A stretch of DNA of 64,000 nucleotides, taken from the NCBI RefSeq assembly GCF_009914755.1, contig NC_060926.1, one strand, 5' to 3'. The position numbers were made by a program, and so were the translations under genes. This DNA comes from the human T2T-CHM13v2.0 reference genome, Homo sapiens. Below the pieces are notes generated by a model, which ran no database searches, was not told the DNA's origin, and was given only the letters and a program-made list of their open reading frames with translations. This document shows positions 1 to 17,935 of the stretch, in pieces (position 1 is the first letter of the stretch; each line of letters opens with the position of its first letter).

Positions 1-3437
<3,437 letters not shown>

Positions 3438-3500
3438 TATGATGTTAGCTGGTTATTTTGCTCATTAGTTGATGCAGTTTCTTCCTATCCTTGATTGTCT

Positions 3501-4517
3501 TTACAATTTGTCATGTTTTTGTGGTGGCTGGTACTGGTTGTTCCTTTCCAAGTTTAGTTCTTCCTTTGGGAGCTCTTTTAGGGCAGGCCTAGTGGTGACA
3601 AAATCTCTCAGCATTTGCTTGTCTGTAAAGTATTTTATTTCTCCTTCACTTATGAAGCTTAGTTTGGCTGGGTATGAAATTCTGGGTTGAAAATTCTTTT
3701 CTTTAAGAATGTTGAATATTGGCCCCCACTCTCTTCTGGCTTGTAGAGTTTCTGCTGAGAGATCCGCTGTTAGTCTGATGGGCTTCCCTTTGTGGGTAAC
3801 CTGATCTTTCTCTCTGGCTGCCCTTAACATTCTTTCCTTCATTTCAACTTTGGTGAATCTGATAATTATGTGTCTTGTCATTGCTCTTCTCGAGGAGTAT
3901 CTTTGTGGCGTTCTCTGTATTTCCTGAATTTGAATGTTGGCCTGCCCTGCTAGATTGGGGAAATTCTCCTGGATAATATCCTGCAGAGTGTTTTCCAACT
4001 TGGTTTCATTCTCCCTGTCACTTTCAGGTACATCAATTAGACGTAGATTTGGTCTTTTCACATAGTCCCATATTTCTTGGAGGCTTTGTTCATTTCTTTT
4101 TATTCTTTTTTCTCTAAACTTCTTTTCACGCTTCATTTCATTAATTTCGTCTTCCATCGCTAATACCCTTTCTTCCAGTTCATTGCATCGGTTATTGAGG
4201 CTTGTGCATTCGTCACGTAATTCTCGTGCCATGGTTTTCAGCTCCATCAGGTCCTTTAAGGACTTCTCTGCATTGGTTCTTCTAGTTATCCATTAGTCTA
4301 ATTATTTTTCAAAGTTTTTAACATCTTTGCCATTGGTTCGAACTTCCTCCTTTAGCTCGGAGTAGTTTGATCTTCTGAAGACTTCCTCTCTCAAGTTGTC
4401 AAAGTCATTCTCCGTCCAGCTTTGTTCCGTTGCTGGTGAGGAGCTGGGTTCCATTGGAGGAGGAGAGGCACTCTGATTTTTAGAGTTTATGGTTTTTCTG
4501 CTCTGTTTTTTGCCCAT
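3501..4517 (-). pseudogene. L1 ORF1 (RNA-binding p40), full 338-codon span with premature stops
   Basis: ORFs 4302-4517 and 3501-4247 are in the same frame, with a total span of 1017 nt. Two TAA codons interrupt it near 4290-4304. Confidence 0.95.
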
Positions 4518-5546
4518 CTTTGTAGTTTTATCTACCTTTGGTCTTTGATCATGGTGACGTACAGATGGGTTTTTGGTGTGGATGTCCTTTCTGTTTGTTA
4601 GTTTTCCTTCTAACAGTCAGGTCCCTCAGCTGCATGTCTGTTGGAGTTTACTGGAGTTTACTCCAGACCCTGTTTGCCTGGGTATCAGCAGTGGTGGCTG
4701 TAGAACAGTGGATATTGGTGAACCGCAAATGCTGCTGCCTGATCCTTCCTCTGGAATTTTTGTCTCAGAGGAGTACCCAGCCATGTGAGGTGTCAGTCTG
4801 CCCCTACTGGGGGGTGCCTCCCAATTGGGCTACTCAAGGTTCAGGGACCAACTGGAGGAGGCAGTCTGCCCGTTCTCAGATCTCAGGCTGGGTGCTGGGA
4901 GAACCACTACTCTCTTCAAAGCTGTCAGACAGGGACATTTAAGTCTGCAGAGATTATTGCTGTCTTTTGTTTGTCTGTGTCCTGCCCCCAGAGGTGGAGC
5001 CTACAGAGGCAGGCAGGCCTCCTTGACTTGTGGTGGGCTCCACCCAGTTCAAACTTCCTGGCCACTTTGTTTACCTACTCAAGGCTGAGCAATGGTGGGC
5101 TCCCCTCCCCTATCCTAGCTTCCACCTTGCAGTTTGATCTCAGACTGCTGTGCTAGCAATGAGCGAGGCTCCATGGGCGTAGGACCCTCCGAGCCATGTG
5201 TGGGATATAATCTCCTGGTGTGCCGTTTGATAAGCCTGTTGGAAAAGCACAGTATTAGGGTGGGAGTGACCTGATTTTCCAGGTGCCATCTGTCACCACT
5301 TTCTTTGACTAGGAAAAGGAATTCCCTGACTCCTTGTGCTTCCCAGGTGAGGTGATGCCTCGCCCTGCTTCGGCTCACACACGGTGCGCTGCACCCATTG
5401 TCCTGTACCCACTGTCCGGCACTCTGCAGTGAGATGAACCCGGTACCTCAGTTGGAAATGCAGAAATCACCTGTCTTCTGTGTCGCTCACACTGGGAGCT
5501 GTAGACTGGAGCTGTTCCTATTCAGCCATCTTGGCTCCACACCCTC
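4518..5546 (-). promoter_or_regulatory. L1 5'UTR internal sense promoter and antisense promoter (YY1 site retained)
   Basis: CAAGATGGC YY1 core at ~5525-5533 on the minus strand. This is the known L1PA 5'UTR architecture, with many CpGs decayed to TpG/CpA. Confidence 0.75.
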
Positions 5547-5689
5547 TATAATAGGTTTTAAATATCCAACTTATGACTCTAACGTTGGGTCTATCAACAA
5601 TAAATGGATTTTACCTTATATTTGATACTTATCCTATAATATGTTAGAAATTTTCCTCGTTGTGTATCTATAGAAATATATTTTTTAAA

Positions 5690-6180
5690 TAATGATTTTC
5701 TTATTAGAAAGAAACAATAGCCACATACATTTGGGAAATGATAGAAAAAGAATCCAAACCACTAATTTCATTACCTAGAAGTTTTTGCTAGTTTATTACA
5801 TTTCTTTTAGTTTATTGTCTTTTATTTTTTCCATATGAATGTGTTTTCAGGGATTTGGATGCTCAGGTTCATGTTTTGATGAATGTTTTGTTTCACTTAA
5901 TATAATATCAGGAGTATTTTCTGTCATTAAATATTTCCTTAAAGTTATTTTTAATGGCTGTAAAATGCTTCTCATATGAATGTACTATAGCTTATTTTAT
6001 TATTCACCTACTGTTCCATGTTATAGTTGTTCACATTATTTTGCCGTTATATAAATACATATGATAAATACATTAACTCACAAATCATTAATCCCATTTC
6101 TGATTATTTCCTAATGGTATATTTTTAGGAGTAGACTGGCTGTGTCCAAGTGCATGGCCATTTTTAAGGACCTTGCTATG
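5690..6180 (-). mobile_element. Old L1M (L1ME-like) 3' fragment
   Basis: Degenerate matches to L1M 3' antisense text (tttttaatggctgtaaaatg..., gattatttcctaatggtatatttttaggagtagactggctgtgtcc). Confidence 0.55.
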
Positions 6181-7048
6181 TCTCATCAGTGACACAGTCT
6201 GCACACAGGTGAGATGTGAAGCTTGGTCTCATACAAGCTAGCAGAAACTCATGCCTCATCTGGCTTACCCATTTACTTCTGCTGCAGCATCGTAACATGA
6301 ATACGGGGGATAAATAATAGGGGCTGTACAAAAAGACTAGTTTTGGAGAATCAAGACAAAACCAAGAGAATCTTTGGTTAATTCTGCAAAATAAAACAAT
6401 ACATTATTTTTAAGCCACTAAAAGAGAGGGGAGCTGTTTCATGGTGCTTCAACCAACTCTGACAGCATAGTCAAGAAAGTTTCTATCTTCCCAGAAAATA
6501 AAAACTTGGAAGTAAGACTCCTAAAGAGTTATTTTCTGGTTTTGTAGCCAAGCAGGTAATATGTGAAGTCTTTCAGAAAGGATAAGGGCGATACTTCCCA
6601 TGCATAAAAATTTTAATTAACTTTTAATTTTTGTTCAAGAAGGCATACGATTATTGCCTGCATCCTGATGGCATTGTGAATTCATCTCAGCACCTATTAT
6701 AAGTAAAAAGGAATGATCAAAACCAAGTAAGAAAATCTTTTTGGAATATCTAGTGTTTTTTTCTTTTTTTCCTACTTACCAAACAGAATAGCCATGAAAT
6801 GGTCAGTCTACTTGCTAAAATGAAGGAAGCACTATGTTAAAGGGATGCTCCCTCTGCCTTTTTCATGTTCAGACTTTGGGTGAGCCCCTTCACAGGGCAA
6901 AGGCACAGCCCTCTTTAATCCTCAAGCTCCAAGTGGCAAAACGAAGACAATAGCACATGCCTTTCCTTTTCTAATCCCTCTGCAAAGACAGTCATGCCTG
7001 GGATTTTAAAATTATTCTCTCGTTTTTATAACTTTGTCTCCTTTATAA

Positions 7049-7529
7049 TGTATAGTTCTGAAAACGTTAAAAAAATGCTGCCCTGGCACAATGACTAGTT
7101 AAGTTAAAGGCACTTGGAAAACAGCAGGTACAGAAAGGTCACTTTGACTTTCCCGCTGTTTCTTAAAAGCAGAAGTTGAAATTCCCAGGTGAAAGACACC
7201 CTCTTTAAACTAGAAAGATACAGCATCCTTATTTTCAAGGATGGGAAGTCGAAACGGAGAGAATTCTGTACAGACCTTGTTAAAATAACTCTTATCTTTT
7301 AAGCCTCCCATATAATTTAGTTGCTTCTTCACAACTTACTACTTTTTTGTCCAATTCGATATACAAGCAACTGACTCTGTTAATTTGAGTCTTCATTTCT
7401 TTAGAGGGGCTCCTATGCCTTGTAAATCTTGTATTATGTTCTTCTCCTGTTAATCTATCCTATGTTATTTAATTCTTCACACAGCTTGGACCCTAAGAGG
7501 ATAAAGGTGAAGTTTTTCTGCCCCTACCA
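7049..7529 (+). mobile_element. MER34-family ERV1 solo LTR
   Basis: Starts TGTA..., contains gaaaacagcagg...ggtcactttgactttccc and cttctcctgttaatctatcctatgtt, and ends aagtttttctgcccctacca, as in MER34-type LTRs. Confidence 0.7.
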
Positions 7530-7899
7530 TTCACTATCGGATGTTCTGGAACTTCACATAAATAAAATCTGCCTTAATTTGTTTCATATTAAGCGTTTTT
7601 CATAATTCTGATATTAATCCTTTGTTAGTTACTTGTGTTGCAAAAGTTTCTCTCTCTTTGTGCCTGCCTTCCCTCTCTCTTCAGTAATGTAACTTAGTGC
7701 TTCCTTAAAAGCCTGGCTCCTGCTTTGTCTCCTCCATGAACTCCACCTTCACATTTCACTAGGCAGTATGAGACTGTCCTTGGTAAGTGAGGATGGTCAT
7801 GGGGGAGCCATGAAATTAGATTCTACGTTAGAAATCCTTGTCATATTCCACAGAAGATAATTCATCATACATATGCTTCAATATATACATGTGTTTGAG

Positions 7900-8395
<496 letters not shown>

Positions 8396-8495
8396 TATAA
8401 ATATATAAATATAAATATATATAATATATAAATATATGTGTGTGTATGTATAAATGTGTGCATGCGTATGTATAAATATATGTACACATGTATAC
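8396..8495. repeat. (TA)n/(TG)n low-complexity tract derived from the Alu tail
   Basis: Visible directly. Confidence 0.85.
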
Positions 8496-10328
8496 GTTTC
8501 TATATCATGGCAAGTGAATTTGTTTTTAATATATATACTACGACAAATGGAAGGAACAGTGATGCAATTTGAAGTGGACTTTGCTCATTCAGGTTTTTGG
8601 GGATACTGGGAAGTGTTTGTTCTACATTTCAAAAGAAAGAAATATACAGGAATTCATCGCTGTCTCCACACAAGTTACCATTCTCTGGAATTGCTGATGA
8701 AACCTGGACTTGTCCCTGGATATGGAGCTGTTTGGTCTTTTGTCTTATCCTGATTTCACCTGGGAATCTGGGGGCATAATAATAATAAAGAAACAACATC
8801 CTTGCTTTGTTCAGAAATGTTGGTCTGCTTGCTAAAATGAGGGAAGCTCCAGGTTAAAGGGATGCATGGCTCATCCCAGAGCTCTGTCAAGAAATGCACA
8901 AGGCTCCAATCCAGCCATAATCTTCAGTTACTTGGGCAGATTGTGATTTTATAGGTTTGATAGAATTTGTGGTTGAGATGTACGTATGCATTGTACACAC
9001 TAATTGTACATTATTGTACTAACATTGTACACGCTATGTTTTTACTCTGAGAGGGGAACATGAATGCATGGGCTGTAATTATCTTGTGAATTCAGCCTTG
9101 ATTGATAAATTTATTCATTTCGGAATATGTAAAGGCAATATGTGTGAGAAGTAAACATTTTGAAAACTGCTTGCTTTATATTCCTTACTTGCATAACCCT
9201 AACAAATAATTTATTTAACAATTACAACATAGCCAGAAAACTCCAAACTCTAAAATGCTTTCCAAATATAGGCTAGGAATAAGAGCTGTTATTATAAAAG
9301 ATGAGGGCAAAGAATTAAAATGTACTTCTGTCTTGTTTTTATGGGTTTGGCACCATGATAGGCATTTTATAAAGGAATAAGTTAGAAATGCAATTAAATG
9401 TATTTGGTAAATTATTTTCTATCTAATGGGTCTGAGTTTTGACAAGGGTCAAAATTTACCAGGTAGCATTTAGATAGGTTGTGTCCTGCCTTTCTCAAGG
9501 GAGTAGGCTTAGAAACTTCTCCATTTCAAATGGACACAGAACAAATCATTAAAGCAGCTTGCTTGCCTGTTATTGGATTGTGGGCTCCTGTGAGGGTAAC
9601 TTGTCCTAGGGAATGTTTCTCATTGGCTCTCAGAGCTAAGATTGGGAAGGAAGAAGTGGTATTCTGGGCTGAGAGACCTATAGCCACGTGGGTCTCTGTG
9701 AGAGAAGCTCACACATTATAAGGCTCAGTCCCGTGAGGACACGTGGGCAAGTGGTTATGGCAGCAAGCACATCACATGATGGGATGACTCATCTGAAAGA
9801 AGTTAGGGGGATGTTTGACTGCCTATTTCTTTCTCTCCTATTCTTTTGTTTCAAATTGCTCACCTAGACACAAGCATTTTTCTTTCATGTATGACATCTC
9901 TAAAGCTCTCAGAGGGTAGTGACTCCTTGTGTTTTTTCAGGAGTTTGCTGGCAACATATATGAATGATTGGAGAAATACCCCATCATTGTATGGATATTT
10001 ATGGCCCCATAAATTTTATCTGCAACTTTTCAAATACTCTAGAGGATAATGTGATTTGAACTATTTATCTCTCTCTCTTTTCTCTCTTTCTTTCTGTCAG
10101 ATTCTTTTTTTTCTTTTTGAAGTTGACAAAGTCATGGTGTAATTCATGAGCTTACAGCTAAACTCAGGTTCCTTTTGACTTGTTTTCTTCCCAACCACAA
10201 GTCACAGTTCTTTGTAATTAAACCAGCAAATGCAGAAAAATTATGTTCGTGTTAGCCATACCCAGGAAGCTTTTTATCAATAAAGAGATAATTTGCAAGC
10301 AAAAAACAAAAAATGAAAACAACCAGCA

Positions 10329-10390
10329 GGAAGGAAGGAAGGAAGGAAGGAAGGAAGAAAGAAAGGGAGGGAGGGAGGGAGGGAAGAAAG
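10329..10390 (+). repeat. (GGAA)7-(GAAA)n-(GGGA)n polypurine microsatellite
   Basis: Seven consecutive GGAA at 10329-10356, followed by GAAA/GGGA units. Confidence 0.95.
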
Positions 10391-12811
10391 AACATATGTT
10401 TTCCAAACTAGTTGACACAAATTCTAACTGAATTGAGTTGATGGCCAGCTGGGCTAACTTAAAAGTATACCCACAGGTTCACCAAAGTTAGTTTATTGGT
10501 CAGGATGGTGCTGTGTAGGACAATGAGCCTTCCTTACAACAACAGAGTACATTCTTTAACTATTAGGAACAGTCCCTGACAGTTACAAATGTGGCCTTGG
10601 CCGCTGTGGGCTCTGATATCTGTGGTGGCCCAAAGCTACGCAGATTGACAGCACAAGATAAGCTGGCTCCCAGAGATCGTGGAGGGCGACACGCTCTTCC
10701 TTCTTGGGAGAACTGACAGCCTCCGTCACTATTTTCCACAATGTGCTTATCCCCCAGCGACCTTTCTTGAGACCCTCATTCGCACAGGGCTTCCCATAAA
10801 CTCAGTACTCCTTCAGAGGTAACTTGACAAACACACGATTCAGCTGTGTTCTGAAAAAGAAAAAGCTATGTCCCAAACTTTGTGCTGGGGAGAATCCTAA
10901 CAGCAGCCCAGCCACCCCGGAGCCCCACGTGGATGTGGACCTAGGTGTGTGTTCTGCTCCCTCAGTGTGAACTTCTCAGCTGAAAGAGCTCTTTGAAGGA
11001 GAGGACCGGGGAAATATGAAAGTGGCTTTGTGAGCAAGCATACCCAGTGCCTTTTTAAGCCAAGCATTCACAGTCACCATCTAAATCTGATGTGATTTTT
11101 CTTCCTTAACTTTTTCTAAAGCCAAAAGAACATCGCAGAGTATACATATTGAATATACTCCAGCTCTCATTCCAGATTTATTTTAGGGCAAGAACTTCTG
11201 AATTTCAAAAGCTATCCACTAACACTCGAATAGAGTCTCTTTTTTTCTGTACCTGTCGACATTTTCAGTACCATCAGTAGGGAAACTGAAGGGAAGTATG
11301 GTACATGTGAGGGAACAGAGATGCTGGCAGGTTTGAACAGCTAGAAGACTATCAACCAGTTATGTTGACTGCATTTCACACAAAGGAATTTATTCAGCTT
11401 TGCTCCTTGAAAATGCAGAACAAGTTAGGTGATCTTATTGAAACAAGTTGGAAAACAGCTATTATCTATACTTTGATAAATTTGACATTTAACTGGTGAA
11501 AACAGGCATCTTGCTTCTTTCATTGTCATTTGTGGGGTTAACTAATGGCAGAGAGACGTAGGCAGCAAGGACTCTGAATGGGAGAGCAAAGCTAGGTGTT
11601 CACATAAACACAGATTCTGCTGCCAGGAAGGAGTGGACAGCTGAGGGGTCTCCCTCTGTCAGTAGCTGTGCGGGTAGTTCACCTGGCTTCTGATCTCTGC
11701 ATGCACTCAGACCCCAGAAACAACATAAAGCTCCCAGACACACAGATGTACCCGAGCACACACCGCAAAGTGGCACAAGTCAGAGAACAATTGAGACTTT
11801 GTTGCAATAGTTCATGTGCCTGCCTGCTAAGCTGTATCTTTAGAGAGAAATCTGCAAGCAAGCCTGTATCTTTTTAAGAAAACACCACCACCACAAAAAA
11901 GTCAGCCTTGTGTCCTTTTCCATAAAGGAAAAAAACACAAACAATAATACTCATCCTTGGGAAAGCAGTCGTTGATGTGCTCATACGGAAATTGTTTCTA
12001 TTCCTATTGGGGATTTATGATCAGAACTCTCATAATAGGACCTAATAGCAGACAGTCAAATGAGAATCATTTTAAACTGGAATACCATTTTAACTAGAAT
12101 AGCCACTTGACCAGGAAGCATAGTTAGTAGCGGTGTGAATATATATATATATTTTACTTAGAATAAAAAGAAGTACAGGAAATACATTTACCAATTAAGG
12201 AGGCAATGATTTAATAAACATATAAATGCTCGTTGAAAGTATGGTTATATGAGATGGAGTGCTTTGTGTAAATTTTTATGAGAAATTAGACTATAGCCAT
12301 TTGATTAAATAAAACAATTAAAAGCGTCTTTATAGATACATAAGCTGTAGGCTGAAGTCCCAGAGAAACCATTAGATCTGAGATTTGTTTCAAATGAAAT
12401 AAGAGTATTGGAAATGTCACATCTTTTTATTTGACAAATATTTGAGAGTTTTAACAGTATCAAATCTATTAGAGAGATCATTTATTTATTAAAAGGTCTC
12501 AGATGAAGATGTCCTTCATCTGACAGCCTTAAAAATTCCAATGATAAATGTAATTTAAAATGTTTAGCTTATATCTAAAATAAATGTGTGAATGCTTAGG
12601 GCTATATATCTTCAAGAGCCAGCTAGGTAATGAATGCTTTCTCTCTCTCTCTGAGTAGAGACAGACATATCACAGCATGTGTACCCATGGGAACATGTGA
12701 GTTACTAAAGTACCCCTTAAGATGGCCATACATGTGCTGAGCATAACTGAGACTATTCCTCTTGAAATTCTATGCAAAACTTTATGTGCATGTGAGATTC
12801 TTTTCTGACGA

Positions 12812-14772
<1,961 letters not shown>

Positions 14773-14789
14773 ATGTAGGCTGTAGAGAT

Positions 14790-14946
14790 TGTTAGAAAAT
14801 GGGGACTAAGAAGGTAGATGTGCAAAGGGGAAGCCAGGGAGACCTGACAGATGGCTATGAATAATTCAAAGGGATATCATCGTGATTCAGAGCTGGATTA
14901 GAGATGGCAGATGACAGACAGGGGTGAGTATAATATATACTTCAAG
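14790..14946 (-). mobile_element. Degenerate L2 fragment lying inside L1MA
   Basis: gcaaaggggaagccagggagacc...ggctatgaataattcaaagggatatcatcgtg resembles L2 antisense GCAAGAGTGGAAGCAGGGAGACCAGTTAGGAGGCTATTGCAATAATCCAGG. Confidence 0.6.
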
Positions 14947-14990
14947 CTTGTGTAACTCACATTAGGTCCATAACATTATCCACTTTGTGT

Positions 14991-15650
14991 AGTCATTTTT
15001 TCTATTTCTGTGAAAAATGGCATTGGTATTTTGATAGTCATTACATTGAATCTGCATCTTGACTCAGGATAGTAAGGTTGTTTTAACAATACTTTCTTCT
15101 GATCCATGAGCATGGCATGTCTTTCCACTTGTTTGTGTCATCTTCAATTTATTTCATCAGTGTTTTGTAGTTTTTCTTGTAGAGATCTTTCATGTCTTTG
15201 GTTAAATTTATTCCTAGGTATTTTGTTAATTTTGGGGAGCTATCGTAAATGAGATTGCCTTCTTGATTTCTTTCTCAGTGAGTTTATTATAGGTATATAG
15301 AAATGCTGCTGCTTTTTATTGACTTTGTATCCTACAACTTTACTAAATTTATTTTTCAAATCCAAGGGTGTTTTAGGGGTATAGTCCTTTGGTTTTTCTA
15401 GACAAAATATCATGTCATCGGCAAAGAGGGACAATCTGAATTCCTCTTTCTCAATTTGGATGCCTTTTATTTTTTCTCTTACCTGATTTCCCTAGCTAGA
15501 ACTTCCAGTACCATTTGAATAGGGGTGATGAAACTGAGCATCCTTGTCTTATTCCAATTATGAAAGAAAAGACTTTCAGACTTTCAGCTTTTTCCCATGA
15601 ATATGATATTAGCAGTTGATTTGTCATATATAGCCTTTATTTTGTTGAGG
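14991..15650 (-). mobile_element. L1MA ORF2, piece 2
   Basis: Resumes the L1 antisense consensus (ttttttctatttctgtgaaaaatg) and encodes SLFADDMI (ORF 15240-15434). Ends at ...gcctttattttgttgagg. Confidence 0.9.
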
Positions 15651-15877
15651 ACATTGACTAACTCAGTTGAACAAGATTATGTTAGAAAGAAGAAACAAAC
15701 TGGAATGGGTTGTTATAATACTTAGGTGGTAAGATAATGAGTTCAGTTTGAGTCCTTGGCAAATCTCGGGAAATTAGCAATGGCTTAAGAAAGAGGGTCT
15801 TAAAAGCAATTTTGAGTCCTCTGTTTTTTCCTTAAAGCCTCTTGAGTAGTTTGAAATGTGCAAGAAAATTATGGCTT

Positions 15878-16211
<334 letters not shown>

Positions 16212-17062
16212 TCATGTTCTAAGGTTTACTGAATTAATGTAAAGTAAAATAACTCAAAAATACGTCTTCTTTGAAAGTGATTAAGGCCACCAGATAGCAG
16301 TGTGAGATGCGTTAGTCATAGTGTTTAGCTTGTTCAATACGAAGTTCATGAATGAGACATAATTTAAAGGCTTCTTGAGGTTCACAGCTGGGCTTGGCCA
16401 CATGCTACTTTGGTTTCTGTCATCTTTTGTGGAATTCAATCTGGTTTTTCTGCCTGTAGCATTACTTTCTCTTCTCTTATTTGAATTTTTGCTGAAACTC
16501 ATCACTAAAGTGGACTCAAAGTCAAGCCCACATTGTCAGACTTCCTTATACAGACACAGAGAACAAGTAGCCCTGGCAATAACGTTTGTGACCTTGCCAG
16601 TTCAATGTGAAAATTGCAAAAATATACAATGAGAAATTATTTTTAGGCATTTTCCTTGAAAACGATGTCATCTTATGGAGCAACTAGATAAAATATACAT
16701 TAGTCATTAAGCACGAAATCAGAATTAGAATAATCTCAAACATATATCTATGTTAATAAGTCCATAAATTAAAACAATTTTCCCTAACAGATAAGAATTT
16801 ATGTATCTAAGGTGAATATTATCCATTTTAGTTGGAAGGACATGAGTCTATTCCTCTAAAATTAATAACCCTGCTTCAAAGCATAACATTCTATACATCA
16901 AAAAAGAATAATAAAATTTTATAACTGATGGAAATTTTATAAAATGAGAATACTGAGAATATTCAAATAAGCCATGTATATGTAAAGCATAATTAGCTTT
17001 GTGGAACAGAGCACAGTTACCATCCAGAGAGAAGAAAAGGCTAGCAAGCCTCTGGACTAAAG

Positions 17063-17398
17063 CAGCAGTTATCACCTCTGGTAGATATCTGGACCCCGTG
17101 AAGGACTTGTTGAATCACAGATGGTTGTGTCTCACCCAGAGACTGTGAGTCCATTGGTCTGAAGTAGGACCGCAAAATGTGCCCTTTTAACACGTTCTCT
17201 CCATCCAGAGTGATGGAGTAGCAATTGGACATTTGGTCAAGGCACCAATTTCCCCTAGAACATTTATTAAAACACCTGAGTTTGTCCCATCCCTATAATT
17301 TTTGATCCTGTAAAACAGGAAGCAGAGTCCAACAATTTGCATTTCTAACAAATTCCCAGGTGGTGCTGGTCTGGGAACCACACTATGAGAGTTACTGC
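17063..17398. mobile_element. MER5-family hAT MITE(s), two adjacent copies
   Basis: tttgcatttctaacaaattcccaggtggtgctggtctgggaaccacactatgagagttactg is MER5A-like; a more degenerate copy precedes it. Confidence 0.7.
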
Positions 17399-17439
17399 TT
17401 AAAATCAAACAGCACGTTTCAATTTCCTAATCAGTCTGT

Positions 17440-17935
17440 GCTAATTGTGTGACTTCAGGCAAATATTTAACTTCTCCTGTTCTTAATTTACTTGTCTTAA
17501 GATGAAAAAGCAATGGGATCTAATCCTTTACAGTAGATATGAAGGTCAAATGAGTTAAAATTAGGGTCAGGAAACTATAGCTCACAGACTCAACGCCTGT
17601 TTTAGTGCAACCCCCAGCTAGAAATAATTTGTGTATCTTAATGGACTATTTATAAGAAGGAGCATGGAGGAGAAGGAGGAAAAACAGGAGAAAAGAAAAG
17701 GAGAAGATTAAGAGAACGGGGAAGGAGAAGAGGAAGATAGAAAGGAGAAAGATGAAAGAAGAGGAGGGGAAAGCAGCAGCAGCAGCAACAGAGTCTGTAC
17801 TGTAGCCTGCAAAACAAAAAATATTTACCATATGGAACTGCAGAAAACATTTGCCAGCGCCTGGGTTATTTCATACAAAACATGTGCGACATCCGTAATA
17901 TTACTAGCAGTCAATGAATGTTAGTTGTCATTATG
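17440..17935 (+). mobile_element. MIR interrupted by MER58
   Basis: MIR core tgtgtgacttcaggcaaatatttaacttctc; MIR 3' part agtcaatgaatgttagttgtcattatgatg. Confidence 0.65.
17563..17863 (+). mobile_element. MER58 (hAT-Charlie) with purine-rich expanded centre
   Basis: Ends agggtcaggaaactatag... and ...aaatatttaccatatgg...gaaaacatttgccagcgcctg. Confidence 0.7.

Noticed and set aside
10600-10930. Slightly CpG-richer unique segment with a donor-like GAG|GTAACT at ~10818
   Set aside because: Too short and too CpG-poor for an island; no recognisable peptide in the frames I translated; no matching acceptor established.
12499-12523. TCAGATGAAG-5nt-CTTCATCTGA hairpin
   Set aside because: A 10-bp stem is within chance expectation for 64 kb and has no supporting context.
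16281-16632. Overlapping 74-aa and 85-aa ORFs in unique DNA
   Set aside because: No similarity to any protein I recognise; lengths are expected by chance.
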